A DNA stretch of 64,000 bases from an uncultured Eubacteriales bacterium. GTDB lineage: Bacteria > Bacillota > Clostridia > Oscillospirales > Oscillospiraceae. A program made the translations under genes and the position numbers. The DNA is taken from positions 4,562 to 68,561 of the forward strand of contig CABRFF010000002.1 in the NCBI GenBank assembly GCA_902470165.1, in the 5' to 3' direction. Below, one piece after another: positions 28,909 to 38,966 of the stretch. The notes under the pieces are model-generated. The model was not told the DNA's origin, did no database searches, and worked only from the letters and a program-made list of their open reading frames with translations. Numbering within the stretch: the first letter of the stretch is position 1; the number at the start of each line of letters is the position of its first letter.

Positions 28909-29561
28909 TCTACTGTTCTGACCAGGAAGCCAGAGAAGCAATCATCGAAACCGGCCACCAGCTGTACGACCAGGGCCTGACCGTGGGCACTGACGGAAAT
29001 ATCAGCTGTCGGGTCTCCGACGACGCCCTCTGGACCACTGCCACCGGCGCCCGGAAGGGATTTCTCACCGACGAGTGGCTGGTTAAAACCGATCTCCAGG
29101 GCAATATTCTGGAGGGAACCCGAAAGCCCTCCTCCGAGCTAAAAATGCACCTGTGCCTCTACACACACAATCCCCGGGCTTTGGCCGCTGTACACACCCA
29201 TCCGCCCTTCTCCACCGCTTTTGCCGCAGCCAATCTGGGATTTGACGACATGCTGCTGGCCGAGGAAGGGCTCTATCTGGGCCATGTCCAGGTAGCTCCC
29301 TACGCCACTCCCGGCACTGCCGCCCTGGCGGAGAGCATCATCCCCTTCTGCCGGGAGAACAATGCTGTCCTTCTGGCCAACCACGGGGCCGTCACCTGGG
29401 GCAAGGATCTCTCCGAGGCCTGTGCCCGGATGGAGACGTTGGAGCGCAGTGCCCGCATCCGCTACTACTGCCTCACCATGGGCAAGGCCAGCTATCTGAG
29501 CCCGGAGGAGGCCGCTGTTCTGCACCAGAAGGGTGTGGATCTGGGCAATTTTGAGGCGTAG
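28905..29561 (+). CDS. Class II aldolase/adducin-family protein (FucA/Ald2-like)
   Basis: GNISCR, KPSSE..MH, HTHP, LLANHG zinc ligands. Confidence 0.88.
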   Translation: MIYCSDQEAREAIIETGHQLYDQGLTVGTDGNISCRVSDDALWTTATGARKGFLTDEWLVKTDLQGNILEGTRKPSSELKMHLCLYTHNPRALAAVHTHPPFSTAFAAANLGFDDMLLAEEGLYLGHVQVAPYATPGTAALAESIIPFCRENNAVLLANHGAVTWGKDLSEACARMETLERSARIRYYCLTMGKASYLSPEEAAVLHQKGVDLGNFEA

Positions 29562-29606
29562 TTTTCTGCCGGCATACATCTGTGTTGAGAGAAAGGAGCA
29601 AATTTC

Positions 29607-29786
29607 ATGGTTTCTACCGTAATTCTGGGGATAGTCATTCTAGTCGCGTTGATTTACGCGATCGTCATTATCGTCAAGGGCGCACAGCAGAAGAATAAGA
29701 AACAGGTCATCCAGACCATCCTGATCACGCTGGTATTTCTCGTCCTCATGTGCTTTATTCTAATCCGTTTTATCACTGCGATGTAG
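29607..29786 (+). CDS. Small two-helix membrane protein, 59 aa (below the ORF-track cutoff)
   Basis: AAAGGAG RBS; MVSTVILGIVILVALIYAIVIIVKGAQQKNKKQVIQTILITLVFLVLMCFILIRFITAM*; terminator downstream. Confidence 0.75.
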   Translation: MVSTVILGIVILVALIYAIVIIVKGAQQKNKKQVIQTILITLVFLVLMCFILIRFITAM

Positions 29787-29842
29787 CCCACTATGCATTT
29801 TTCAGCCGGGCGAATGGTTCCGTGCTCTATCGCAAAGACAAT

Positions 29843-29891
29843 CCCCCGCTTCGTTTCTATGCACACACGATACGAAGCGGGGGCTTTTTTC
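29843..29891. terminator. Terminator between the small protein and the Nudix gene
   Basis: CCCCGCTTCGT...ACGAAGCGGGG followed by a T-run. Confidence 0.7.
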
Positions 29892-29894
29892 TTT

Positions 29895-30503
29895 TTATGA
29901 CTCCGCCTGAAAAAAGCCCAGGAGCTTATTCACCACTCGGGCGGTCATCCCCCAAATGGTGTGCCCACTGTAGCACCAGGCAGGCGTGACATATTTCTGC
30001 CGGTAGTGCCGAACGTAACTTGCCAGCGATGGCGGCAGCTCTTCCAGGTTATCCGGACTCATGTAATACGTATACTGCTTTCCCGGATGGGTCAGGAAAA
30101 ACTCCAGCGGAACGGTAAACACTTCCTCTACCTCATCCTCGTTCAGCTTCAGATTGGGCAGAGCCAGGGAATCCACCCGCCCCAATAGTGGGTACACGGT
30201 TCCGGAAAAATGAACCATCCGGTCCAGCGGGCCCAGTATCTCAATCTGTTCCTGCGCCACACGGAGTTCCTCCCAGATCTCCCGGACCGCCGCCTCCTCC
30301 GGCGTCTCACCTGCCTCAATTCTTCCGCCCGGGAAACAGACTTCTCCCGGCTGCATGTCCAGCTGCTGGGACCGGACCTCAAAGAGCAGGCTGTCCTTTC
30401 CCTCCACCTCTATTAACGGCAGCAGGATGGCGGCATTGCGCTGTTTGCGCTCCGTTCCCACTGTCCGGGTTGTGAGGATTTGCTTTAACTGTCGATCATT
30501 CAT
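29895..30503 (-). CDS. Nudix hydrolase, CoA pyrophosphatase-like
   Basis: QPGEVCFPGGRIEAGETPEEAAVREIWEEL Nudix box with UPF0035-like prefix; IWGMTA. Confidence 0.88.
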   Translation of the reverse strand: MNDRQLKQILTTRTVGTERKQRNAAILLPLIEVEGKDSLLFEVRSQQLDMQPGEVCFPGGRIEAGETPEEAAVREIWEELRVAQEQIEILGPLDRMVHFSGTVYPLLGRVDSLALPNLKLNEDEVEEVFTVPLEFFLTHPGKQYTYYMSPDNLEELPPSLASYVRHYRQKYVTPAWCYSGHTIWGMTARVVNKLLGFFQAES

Positions 30504-30520
30504 AGGTTCCCTGTTTCTCC

Positions 30521-33500
30521 TTACACCTGAATTTGCACATGACTGCCCTGCTCCGAGCCCTGGACCACTATTTTGCGCTCAATGGCCTCCTTCAATTCCG
30601 ACACATGGGAGATAATTCCCACCAACCGCTGTCCCGCCGCCAGCTGTTGTAGCACACGGATGGACTGTTCCAATGCCTCTTCGTCCAGCGAGCCGAAGCC
30701 CTCGTCAATAAACATGGCGTCCAGCTGAATGCCGCCGCTCTGACTTTGAACCACATCGGACAGTCCCAGCGCCAGAGCCAGGGACGCCTGGAATGCCTCA
30801 CCGCCGGAGAGAGTTTTCACACTCCGCCTTTTCCCGGTGTAGTGATCGATGACATCCAGCTCCAGCCCGGTTTTGCTGCGGTTATTTTCCGCCGTCTCCT
30901 GCTGGACCAGCTGAAAACGGCTGTCTGTCATCTGATACAGTCGGCGGTTAGCCCGAGCGATGATCTGACGGAAAAATGCCCCCTGGACGTAGCGCTCAAA
31001 GGTGATCTTCGCCCGTCCATTCAGCTCTCCATTGGCGGTATCGGACAGCTCCTTCAGCCGGAGATAGGACTGTTCTGTGTCACGCAGTGTTTTCACGCCG
31101 CTTTTACAGTGCTCTAAAACAGACTGATTGGTCTGAAGCCGGCTGAACAGGAGGCGTTCCTGGTTGCCCAGCTCCTCCAACACCTGCCTCTTTTCCGCAA
31201 GCTGCGCATCCAATGGCTCGAGTTCCTGCCGGGTCATGCCGTCCAACTCCCGATCCAGCTGTTCCAGCACCTGCTTTTGCGCCTGTACCTGCCGGTGGTA
31301 TGCTTCCAAGGTCTCCCGCTGTTGGGCCAGCCACGCCTCGTCCACGGTCTGTCCTTCGATCTGAAGGGCGGTTTGATATGCCTCTTTTTCCGAAAAGCCC
31401 GCCTCCGTCAGCGCCTGTTGGAACCGTGTCCAGGCAATCACCTGCTGCCCTTGCAAATCCGGCAGTTCCTCTCTGCGGGCTTGCAGCACCGCCTGATTTT
31501 CCGCCATCTTCTTTTCCTGCTGTTCCAGATCCCCTCGGGCCTGTCGAGTGCCTTCTTTTTGCCGTTCCAGCTGCTCACTCAGGCGGGTTATTTCCCCCTC
31601 AGCCTCCTGGGCTGTGGCAAATCTCAGGCCCTCTGCGGTCTGCTTGCGGACGGCAATCTTTGCCTGTTGTGCTCCGTGCAGGGTTTCCCGCTCCTGTTGC
31701 AGCAGGACCAGTTCGGCTTCCAGCACTTCCACCTGACTTTGGATTTCTTTCATCGCAGTGGCAACTTCGACTTTTTCCCGGCATTGCTCCGCCACAACTT
31801 GGCTCTGCTGTTCCAGTTGGAGCAACCGTTCACGTTGTTTTCGACAATACTCGTCCATTTCACATGCCTGACCGTCCAACAGCTGCTCCATCTCCCGTTG
31901 CAGACGGCTGCGCTCAGTTTTCAGCTGACCCCGCAGCTCGGACAGCTGATTGGCCAGCGCAACACAGATTTGATACTGCTCTTCCGCACGGTTTTGAAGG
32001 GCCTCGGTCTCCTCCTGGGACAGGCTCTCCCCGGCACTTTTTGCCGGCACAGGGTGCGCTCGGGAGCCGCACACCGGACAGGGTTGTCCTTCTTCCAGCT
32101 TCTGCGCCAGCAGGCCGGCCTGATTCCGGAGAAATGCCGCCTGTGCATGGTCCGCCTCACTACGGGCAGCCTCCCAACGCGCCTGTTCCCCTTGGTACTG
32201 TTTTTCTGCTTGCTGGAGCAGCCATTCCTGTTGGTTGACCTTATCCTGGTCCACCAGCAGAGCTTCCCCTTTTTGCAGGGCGTTCTCCACCGCTTTTTGC
32301 TCGCCGGACAGCCGCTCCCGCTCCACTTCCACCGCGCTCAACTGATCCAGTTGGTGGTTCAGCACCTGAATCCGTTCTTTTTTATCTCGGATTTCACGTT
32401 GATATTCTTCTGTTTTTTCCGTCACCAATGCCAGCGACTGTTCCAGTTTGGCACAGTCCTTTTCCAGCTCCTCCAGGGCCGCATACCGCTCCAGTTCCCG
32501 GCTCAACTGTCGTTTTTCCTGCTCCCATTCCAGCGCCAACGGTTCCCGTTCCTTCCAGGTCCGGCACACCTGTTCCAGCTGTGCTCGCTCTGCCTCCCAG
32601 GCAATGGCATTTCCCTCCCGGCGGGCAATTTCCTTAGTCAGCGCTTGTACCGACTGTTCCAGCCGCTGCCACTCCGCCGCTGCCGGTCGAACCTGCCGCA
32701 GGGCACGGGCCGCCAGACTCCACTGCGTCTCCAACTCCTGATACCGATTTTGTTCCTGTTCCAGCATCTCCAGCTTGTCCCGTTCTTTTTCCCGTTCCTC
32801 CAATCGCCGGTTAAGCATTTCAGCCCGCGTTCTCTGTTCCTGGAGTTCCAGCAATACTTTATCTTCCGCCTGCCGCTGATTCTGCACCACCTGTTGCTGG
32901 GCCGCATCCACCTCAATCCAGGCATTCAGCTGTACTAAGGCCTGCTGCAAATTGTCACCACCCTGCGGCAATGACTCTGCCGGCTCTTCCTCAGGACATT
33001 GGACGGTCTGAAGCAGTTGCTCCAATCCCTGCCGGAGTTTTGTCCGTTCCTCCCGCGCCGCAACGCACCGCTCCTTTATCTTCTCCTGAAAGGTGCGGTA
33101 CAGGTCTGTGGAAAACAGATGGCGCAGAATTTCGCTCCGCTTTTCACTGTCCGCCTCCAGCAGGGCCCGGAACTCGCCCTGCGCAATCATAGCCACCTGC
33201 TTAAACTGGGATGCGGATAGCTGGAGCAGTTCCTCTATCGCCTCAGTCACCGGACGGTCTCCGGTGATCAGCAGGTCCTCCGGACCTTCCAGCGTTGCGT
33301 CTTTTTTCTGCTTTGTGAAGCCGTCGCCCCGCTTCCGTTTCCGCTGGTACTCCGGATTGCGCCGGACAGTATAAATCCGTCCCTGGTAGGAGAAGGTCAG
33401 CAGTACAAAGGTCGGCGTCTCCTGCGCCGCGAAATCGCTGCGCAGCATGGCGATTCCCCGGCTGGTGCCGCTGGTCTCGCCGTAGAGCGCAAAGACAATG

Positions 33501-33637
33501 GCGTCAAAAATCGTTGTCTTTCCCGCCCCGGTATCCCCTGTGATCAGGTACAGGCCGTTTTGAATGCGGGAAAAGTCGACAACCTCTTCCCCCGCATAGG
33601 GACCAAATGCGGACAGGATCAATCGAATGGGTTTCAC
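30521..33637 (-). CDS. sbcC: SbcC SMC-like ATPase
   Basis: GDTGAGKT, QGEF, long coiled coil with CPVCG zinc hook, LSGGE, IDEGFGSLD. Confidence 0.95.
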   Translation of the reverse strand: MKPIRLILSAFGPYAGEEVVDFSRIQNGLYLITGDTGAGKTTIFDAIVFALYGETSGTSRGIAMLRSDFAAQETPTFVLLTFSYQGRIYTVRRNPEYQRKRKRGDGFTKQKKDATLEGPEDLLITGDRPVTEAIEELLQLSASQFKQVAMIAQGEFRALLEADSEKRSEILRHLFSTDLYRTFQEKIKERCVAAREERTKLRQGLEQLLQTVQCPEEEPAESLPQGGDNLQQALVQLNAWIEVDAAQQQVVQNQRQAEDKVLLELQEQRTRAEMLNRRLEEREKERDKLEMLEQEQNRYQELETQWSLAARALRQVRPAAAEWQRLEQSVQALTKEIARREGNAIAWEAERAQLEQVCRTWKEREPLALEWEQEKRQLSRELERYAALEELEKDCAKLEQSLALVTEKTEEYQREIRDKKERIQVLNHQLDQLSAVEVERERLSGEQKAVENALQKGEALLVDQDKVNQQEWLLQQAEKQYQGEQARWEAARSEADHAQAAFLRNQAGLLAQKLEEGQPCPVCGSRAHPVPAKSAGESLSQEETEALQNRAEEQYQICVALANQLSELRGQLKTERSRLQREMEQLLDGQACEMDEYCRKQRERLLQLEQQSQVVAEQCREKVEVATAMKEIQSQVEVLEAELVLLQQERETLHGAQQAKIAVRKQTAEGLRFATAQEAEGEITRLSEQLERQKEGTRQARGDLEQQEKKMAENQAVLQARREELPDLQGQQVIAWTRFQQALTEAGFSEKEAYQTALQIEGQTVDEAWLAQQRETLEAYHRQVQAQKQVLEQLDRELDGMTRQELEPLDAQLAEKRQVLEELGNQERLLFSRLQTNQSVLEHCKSGVKTLRDTEQSYLRLKELSDTANGELNGRAKITFERYVQGAFFRQIIARANRRLYQMTDSRFQLVQQETAENNRSKTGLELDVIDHYTGKRRSVKTLSGGEAFQASLALALGLSDVVQSQSGGIQLDAMFIDEGFGSLDEEALEQSIRVLQQLAAGQRLVGIISHVSELKEAIERKIVVQGSEQGSHVQIQV

Positions 33638-34782
33638 AGCATCTCACCTCCCTCAGCGTCCAGCGTCTCCCCTACCAGTGCCTTGCTCTGCTCGTCCAGC
33701 TCTCTGCCATTCTGCCGCTGGTAGAACTCCGCAAATAATTCTTCCAAAGAGGGCATTTTCTCTTCCGTGTCTGTACGGAGCCGCAGTTCCTCCTGTCGAG
33801 TACGGCTGTTGTCAAAATCCAGCTTCATCAGGTTGGGATACACGGCCCGCAGTCTGGTCTGGGCATTTTCTGGCTCCAGCTCATCGGTCAGCGTCACGTG
33901 GAGATAGTCCTCAGGGTCTCCCTGTGCCACAATCTCCCCTTTCAGCAGGGCCTCCAATGGGCCCTGGATTTCCCGCAACGGGTGCAGCGGCTCCAGCGGA
34001 ATCCGGGACAGCGTGATTTGCTTCCCGTCCTCTACCTGAACCACGGTGATTCCCTTCCGGTGATGCAGCTCCGAAAAGCTGTACTGGAGTGGGGATCCGG
34101 CGTAATGGCAATGCTCTCCTACCGACTGAGGACCGTGCAAATGGCCCAGGGCCACGTAGTCAAATCCGGCAAAGACTGCGCTGTCCACATTATCCACCCC
34201 ACCTACGCTGATCGCCTCAGAATCAGAGCGCTCTGGCTCTCTGCCTCCCTGGGTGACAAACTGATGCGCTACCAGCAGGTTACACCTATTCGGTTGCAGC
34301 TTTTGATGGGCCAGCACAACCCGGACCGCATCATCGTAGCTATGCACTTCCTCCTCCGGAAAGAGCGCTGCCACCTCCGCCGGACGAAGAAAGGGCAGCA
34401 GCCATACCACTGCTGTCACGCCGTCTCGATGAAAGGGTACATGGAGCAGTTCTTCCTGTACCGTTCCGGCCAGATAGACTCCATTCCGCCGCAATAACTG
34501 TCCGGCAAAGCTCAGGCGTACGCCGGAATCATGGTTGCCCGCCACCGCCAGACAGGGCAAATTCAAGGCTGCCAGCTCCGTGAGAAACCAGTCAAGCAGG
34601 GCCACCGCCTCGCCCGCTGGCACCGGCCGGTCATAGATGTCACCGGCCAACAGCAGGGCCTCCGGACGCTCCCGCTCTGCTGCCGCAAGAACTTGCTCCA
34701 GCACATGGCGCTGGTCTCTCAGCATGGAAAAACCATTGACATTCTTTCCGATGTGCAGGTCTGCCAGATGAAAAAACTTCAC
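33634..34782 (-). CDS. sbcD: SbcD nuclease
   Basis: HLADLHIG, AGDIYD, GNHD, ALGHLH, YAGSPLQYSFSE; GTG start. Confidence 0.95.
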   Translation of the reverse strand: MKFFHLADLHIGKNVNGFSMLRDQRHVLEQVLAAAERERPEALLLAGDIYDRPVPAGEAVALLDWFLTELAALNLPCLAVAGNHDSGVRLSFAGQLLRRNGVYLAGTVQEELLHVPFHRDGVTAVVWLLPFLRPAEVAALFPEEEVHSYDDAVRVVLAHQKLQPNRCNLLVAHQFVTQGGREPERSDSEAISVGGVDNVDSAVFAGFDYVALGHLHGPQSVGEHCHYAGSPLQYSFSELHHRKGITVVQVEDGKQITLSRIPLEPLHPLREIQGPLEALLKGEIVAQGDPEDYLHVTLTDELEPENAQTRLRAVYPNLMKLDFDNSRTRQEELRLRTDTEEKMPSLEELFAEFYQRQNGRELDEQSKALVGETLDAEGGEML

Positions 34783-34861
34783 GCTGCTCTTCGCTTCCTT
34801 TCCCCGCAAGTGATACAAGAACCCCCACCCGATTGGGGTGGGGGCTGGGTCGGCACCATTG

Positions 34862-35209
34862 TTATTTGGGGAAGATCACCGCCAGCATCTGTGCTTCCTG
34901 GTCCGTGCGGTTTTCCGCACTGTGCACATTACCGTCTGCGGTGAAAACAGCATCTCCGGCTTTCAGCTGTACCTCTGTCCCATTATCGTCGACAGTCAGC
35001 TCTCCTGACAGCACATAGTACACTTCCGCATCGGTTATATGGCTGTGCAGACCGATGGAGTCCCCAGGCTGTAACGTAACGACATTAAAGCAGTTGGCGC
35101 GTCCGCCCAACTCCTCCGGTGTAAACACCTTACACAGATCCAGGGTACCTTTGCCGCCCCAGATCCCCTGTTTCCACTCATGTTCCATTTCCGCTTTTCT
35201 CTTTAACAT
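34862..35209 (-). CDS. Cupin-domain protein
   Basis: PGDSIGLHSH...EVYYVLSG...GD......H..EN cupin motifs. Confidence 0.88.
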   Translation of the reverse strand: MLKRKAEMEHEWKQGIWGGKGTLDLCKVFTPEELGGRANCFNVVTLQPGDSIGLHSHITDAEVYYVLSGELTVDDNGTEVQLKAGDAVFTADGNVHSAENRTDQEAQMLAVIFPK

Positions 35210-35391
35210 GATTGCAGCCTCCTCGTATATTTCACAGCTTTTCCAGTATCTCTATCATAAAGAACTCGGCCAGGCCTGTCAAGAAAATGGAAGGTTCTGA
35301 ACTGCGTCCCAGCGAAAAGATGCTTCTGGTTTCCACTTATCTGTCCATCTATGGAGCAGAGTAGAATGACCCCAATCGCTCTCTCTTTCAT

Positions 35392-35429
35392 AAAAACGGA
35401 CGATCCGCTTCCTGCCGATCGTCCGTTTT
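35392..35429 (-). terminator. Terminator after ftsZ
   Basis: AAAACGGACGATC...GATCGTCCGTTTT inverted repeat. Confidence 0.7.
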
Positions 35430-35469
35430 CGGTTATCTCACACTGTCAGCCAGCACACATGCGCGGTGT

Positions 35470-36660
35470 TCACTTTCTTCTGTTGAACATCTCAATCAGC
35501 TCGTCAAAGGGATCCTGCTCCGCTTCCTTCGGCGCCTCCCGCCTCCTGGGTGCTTCGCTGACGGGTTCAAAGTGCAGTTCCTGCGCCTCCGGTTCTGCCG
35601 CAGCTGCCGGTGCAGTCTCTACAGCCACCGGTTCCTCTGCCGGTTCCTTTTGCGCCACTCTGTTGCTGATCTGGGAGAAGGACGGCGTGTCCTTCTCGCT
35701 GTCCGCATCCTCAAAGCCGGTAGCGATCACCGTCACGCGGATTTCGTCCTCCAGCTCCTCATCAAAGGCCGCGCCAAAGATGATATTTGCATCCGGATGA
35801 GCTGCCTGCTGCACCAGTGTCGCAGCAGTCTCAACTTCCTCCAAACCGATGTCCATGGAGCCGGTCACATTGACCAGCACGCCCTTGGCGCCATTGATGG
35901 AGGTCTCCAGCAGCGGCGAGGAAACTGCCATCTTGGCCGCCTCCTTGGCCTTTCCCTCACCAGCGGCACGGCCCACGCCCATATGGGCCAGACCTGCGTC
36001 CTTCATGACCGAGGTCACGTCGGCGAAGTCCAGGTTGATAAAGCCGACGTTTTTAATCAGGTCGGAGATGGACTCCACCGCCTGACGCAGCACGTCGTCG
36101 GCAATTTCAAAGGCGTTGGCAAAGGTGATCTTCTGATCGGTGGCCAGCTTCAGACGCTCGTTGGGGATGATCACCAGGGAGTCCACCTTGTTCTTCAGCT
36201 CTAGGATTCCATCCTCAGCCTGCTGCATCCGACGCTTCCCCTCGAACGCGAAGGGCTTGGTCACCACGCCCACGGTGAGGATGCCCAGTTCCCGGGCCAC
36301 ATCCGCCACAATGGGGCTGCCGCCGGTACCGGTGCCGCCGCCCATGCCGCAGGTCACAAAGACCATGTCGGTGTTTTCCAGAGCCTTGGCCAGCTGGCTG
36401 CGGTTCTCCTCCGCCGCCTTTCTGCCCACATCCGGATTTGCGCCGGCGCCCTTGCCATGGGTCAGCTTTTCGCCGATCTGAATCTTAAAGGTTGCGTTGG
36501 AGGCGTCCAGCGCCTGCTTGTCCGTATTCACAGCCACGAAATCCACGCTCTTTGTGCCGGAGCGCACCATCCGATTGACTACATTATTGCCGCCGCCGCC
36601 GACGCCGACAACTTTAATATTCACCACATTGTTGGGCGCTGTTTCGAATCCAAAGGCCAT
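35470..36660 (-). CDS. ftsZ: Cell division protein FtsZ
   Basis: GVGGGGNN, GMGGGTGTG, INLDFADV. Confidence 0.98.
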   Translation of the reverse strand: MAFGFETAPNNVVNIKVVGVGGGGNNVVNRMVRSGTKSVDFVAVNTDKQALDASNATFKIQIGEKLTHGKGAGANPDVGRKAAEENRSQLAKALENTDMVFVTCGMGGGTGTGGSPIVADVARELGILTVGVVTKPFAFEGKRRMQQAEDGILELKNKVDSLVIIPNERLKLATDQKITFANAFEIADDVLRQAVESISDLIKNVGFINLDFADVTSVMKDAGLAHMGVGRAAGEGKAKEAAKMAVSSPLLETSINGAKGVLVNVTGSMDIGLEEVETAATLVQQAAHPDANIIFGAAFDEELEDEIRVTVIATGFEDADSEKDTPSFSQISNRVAQKEPAEEPVAVETAPAAAAEPEAQELHFEPVSEAPRRREAPKEAEQDPFDELIEMFNRRK

Positions 36661-36805
36661 AATCTTTCCCCCTATATTTTCTTCGCTGTGCGAAGCTGCA
36701 AATCAAAATAGATGTACTCTATTATTGTAAACTGAAACCTGGAACAGGTCAATACTTTCCACGGCATTTCCCTGCCAATTTCACCGCAACTTCCGCTTTC
36801 CGTAC

Positions 36806-37597
36806 TCACTTGCTGTTCTTGGTCAGATGTGGATGTCCGTCCTCATATGTCATATCCAGAGTACCCTTGTCGTCCTTTGACCAATTGACGTCCACGTACT
36901 CTTTCAACACTGCCTCGAGCATTTTTACCTGGTAGTCGTAGTCAGCGTCAGTGAGCATTTTCACCTTCAGCTGGCCGTTATAATCCATCACCAGCTGGGC
37001 CTTATCGCTGCACTTGATACTGCGCACCTTCTCCAGCAGCTCCCGGCCCCGCATAGCGGTCAGCAACTCAATCAGGCTCCTGCGCATGAGGCGGTAGTCT
37101 GCCTCCACATCGATGATATCGCCGCTCTTGGGCGACAACAGAGGCAGGCCGGTGATCTCGATAAAGTCTCCGGCATTCTCCACTTCCTCCAGTAGCTTTC
37201 CCTCGGCATTGATGAGCCACCAGCTGTTCTCCGTCTTGATCGCAGCCACCGCATCGGTCTCCACCACCGTGATAATGATGGTGTCAGGCAGCTTGCGCCG
37301 GATATTGACCGAGTGCACATAGGACAGACGAGAGAGCACTTTCCCCGCCGCATCCGTTTTTTTCACCAGGCACAGGTTATCTCCTGTGCTGATGCCGGAC
37401 GCCTCCACGATTTCCTCTGTGGTATACCGGTGATTTCCCTCTATCTGGAACTGATTCACCTTAAAGAAGACAATACAGCCCGCCACGACTACTGCGGTGA
37501 TCAAAATCACGGACAAAAAAACGTATAGCCCAAGAAAGCGGCCCGCCCGCCGACTGGGGCGGCGCCTGCTCTTGCGTGGTTTCGCCAATCGTACCAT
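36806..37597 (-). CDS. ftsQ: FtsQ/DivIB with POTRA domain
   Basis: Basic N-terminus, TM helix, IEGNHRYT..EI...SGI..GDNL POTRA; dcw position. Confidence 0.85.
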   Translation of the reverse strand: MVRLAKPRKSRRRPSRRAGRFLGLYVFLSVILITAVVVAGCIVFFKVNQFQIEGNHRYTTEEIVEASGISTGDNLCLVKKTDAAGKVLSRLSYVHSVNIRRKLPDTIIITVVETDAVAAIKTENSWWLINAEGKLLEEVENAGDFIEITGLPLLSPKSGDIIDVEADYRLMRRSLIELLTAMRGRELLEKVRSIKCSDKAQLVMDYNGQLKVKMLTDADYDYQVKMLEAVLKEYVDVNWSKDDKGTLDMTYEDGHPHLTKNSK

Positions 37598-37614
37598 CTC
37601 CTCTGTTTTTCTAT

Positions 37615-38880
37615 CTAGTCCCCAGCGTCTCTGCGGCAGATGTTTGCACCCAACTGCCTGAGATCCTGGGCCAATCTGCTGTATCCCCGGTCAATATGGC
37701 TCAGACCGTTGATTTCACTGGTCCCCTCTGCGCCCAGCGCCGCCACCACAAGGGCCGCTCCGCCACGCAGATCCGGTGCGTGGACCATGGCTCCCTGGAG
37801 CCGCTCTACCCCGCATACCACTGCGACTCTGCCCTCTACGCGGACATCTGCTCCCATTCGGAGCAACTCTCCACAGTGGCGGAAGCGGTTTTCAAAAATC
37901 GTCTCCACAAAGACGCTGGTACCCTCCGCCGTGCACAGAGCGGCCAGTACCGGCGGCTGAGCGTCGGTGGGAAAGCCCGGATAAGGCGCCGTGCGAATGG
38001 GACGCACCGCCTTTCTGCGTTCGGGACAGGTCATCTGAATCCGGTCCGACCAGGTGTGAATCTCACACCCCGCCATCCGGTACACCTCCAGCACCGGCAG
38101 CAGATAGCGCCTATCTACGCCAGTCAGTTCCACCTCACCGCCTGCCGCCGCGGCCGCGGAGAGATAGGTTGCCGCCACAATCCGGTCGGCGATGATGGTG
38201 TGCTCTGCCTCATGAAGCGGGCGTCCGCCCCGGATCACCACGGTGGAGCTGCCCGCGCCGGTTATATCCGCACCGGCGGCCCGCAAGAACTGCTGTAAGT
38301 CCACAATTTCCGGCTCCCGGGCCGCATTGGAGATCACGGTAGTGCCCTCTGCCCGGCAGGCCGCCAGCATGATGTTTTCTGTGGCGCCGACACTGGCAAT
38401 GGACAGCACAATTTCCCGGCCCTGCAGTGCTCCCTGGCAGCGACAGTTCAGACTGCCACCCTGGCCGTCTATGGACGCCCCCATCTCCCGCAAGGCGGCC
38501 AGATGCAGGTCGATGGGCCTGGGCCCCAGCTCACAGCCGCCGGGCATGGACAGCTCTGCACAGCCCATCCGGCCCAGAACGGCGCCCAAAAACACCACTG
38601 ACGACCGCATTTCTCGCATCAGCCGGTCCGGTATATCACACCGGTTCATGGGGCCGGAGTCCACGGTAATATCCTCTCCATCCTGCCGGACAACACAGCC
38701 CAGGTGACGCAGAATGGCAATGGAGGCATCCACGTCGGTGAGCTGGGGACAATTATGTATCACACTGATTCCACCGGAGAGAATGGTCGCGGCCAGAATA
38801 GGGAGCACGCTGTTTTTCGCCCCCTGTACCGCCACGGAGCCGGATAGTTTACTGCCACCTTCAATCAGAAAAGCACTCAA
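37615..38880 (-). CDS. murA: UDP-N-acetylglucosamine 1-carboxyvinyltransferase
   Basis: GAKNSVLP, GGCELGPRPIDLH, SVGATEN, PGFPTD, DLRGG, DRGY; TTG start after GGAGG. Confidence 0.93.
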   Translation of the reverse strand: MSAFLIEGGSKLSGSVAVQGAKNSVLPILAATILSGGISVIHNCPQLTDVDASIAILRHLGCVVRQDGEDITVDSGPMNRCDIPDRLMREMRSSVVFLGAVLGRMGCAELSMPGGCELGPRPIDLHLAALREMGASIDGQGGSLNCRCQGALQGREIVLSIASVGATENIMLAACRAEGTTVISNAAREPEIVDLQQFLRAAGADITGAGSSTVVIRGGRPLHEAEHTIIADRIVAATYLSAAAAAGGEVELTGVDRRYLLPVLEVYRMAGCEIHTWSDRIQMTCPERRKAVRPIRTAPYPGFPTDAQPPVLAALCTAEGTSVFVETIFENRFRHCGELLRMGADVRVEGRVAVVCGVERLQGAMVHAPDLRGGAALVVAALGAEGTSEINGLSHIDRGYSRLAQDLRQLGANICRRDAGD

Positions 38881-38966
38881 TCTTGATTCCTCCGCTTCGG
38901 TCAATTTCATCAGCCCATCTTATGCGGAGGGTTATGTTTGCGTGTAAAACTTCGATTTTCCCGCTT

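Noticed and set aside
30521..34782. SbcCD as an anti-phage/Wadjet-like defence system
   Set aside because: Ordinary sbcD-sbcC pair with a zinc hook and housekeeping neighbours; no accessory defence genes.
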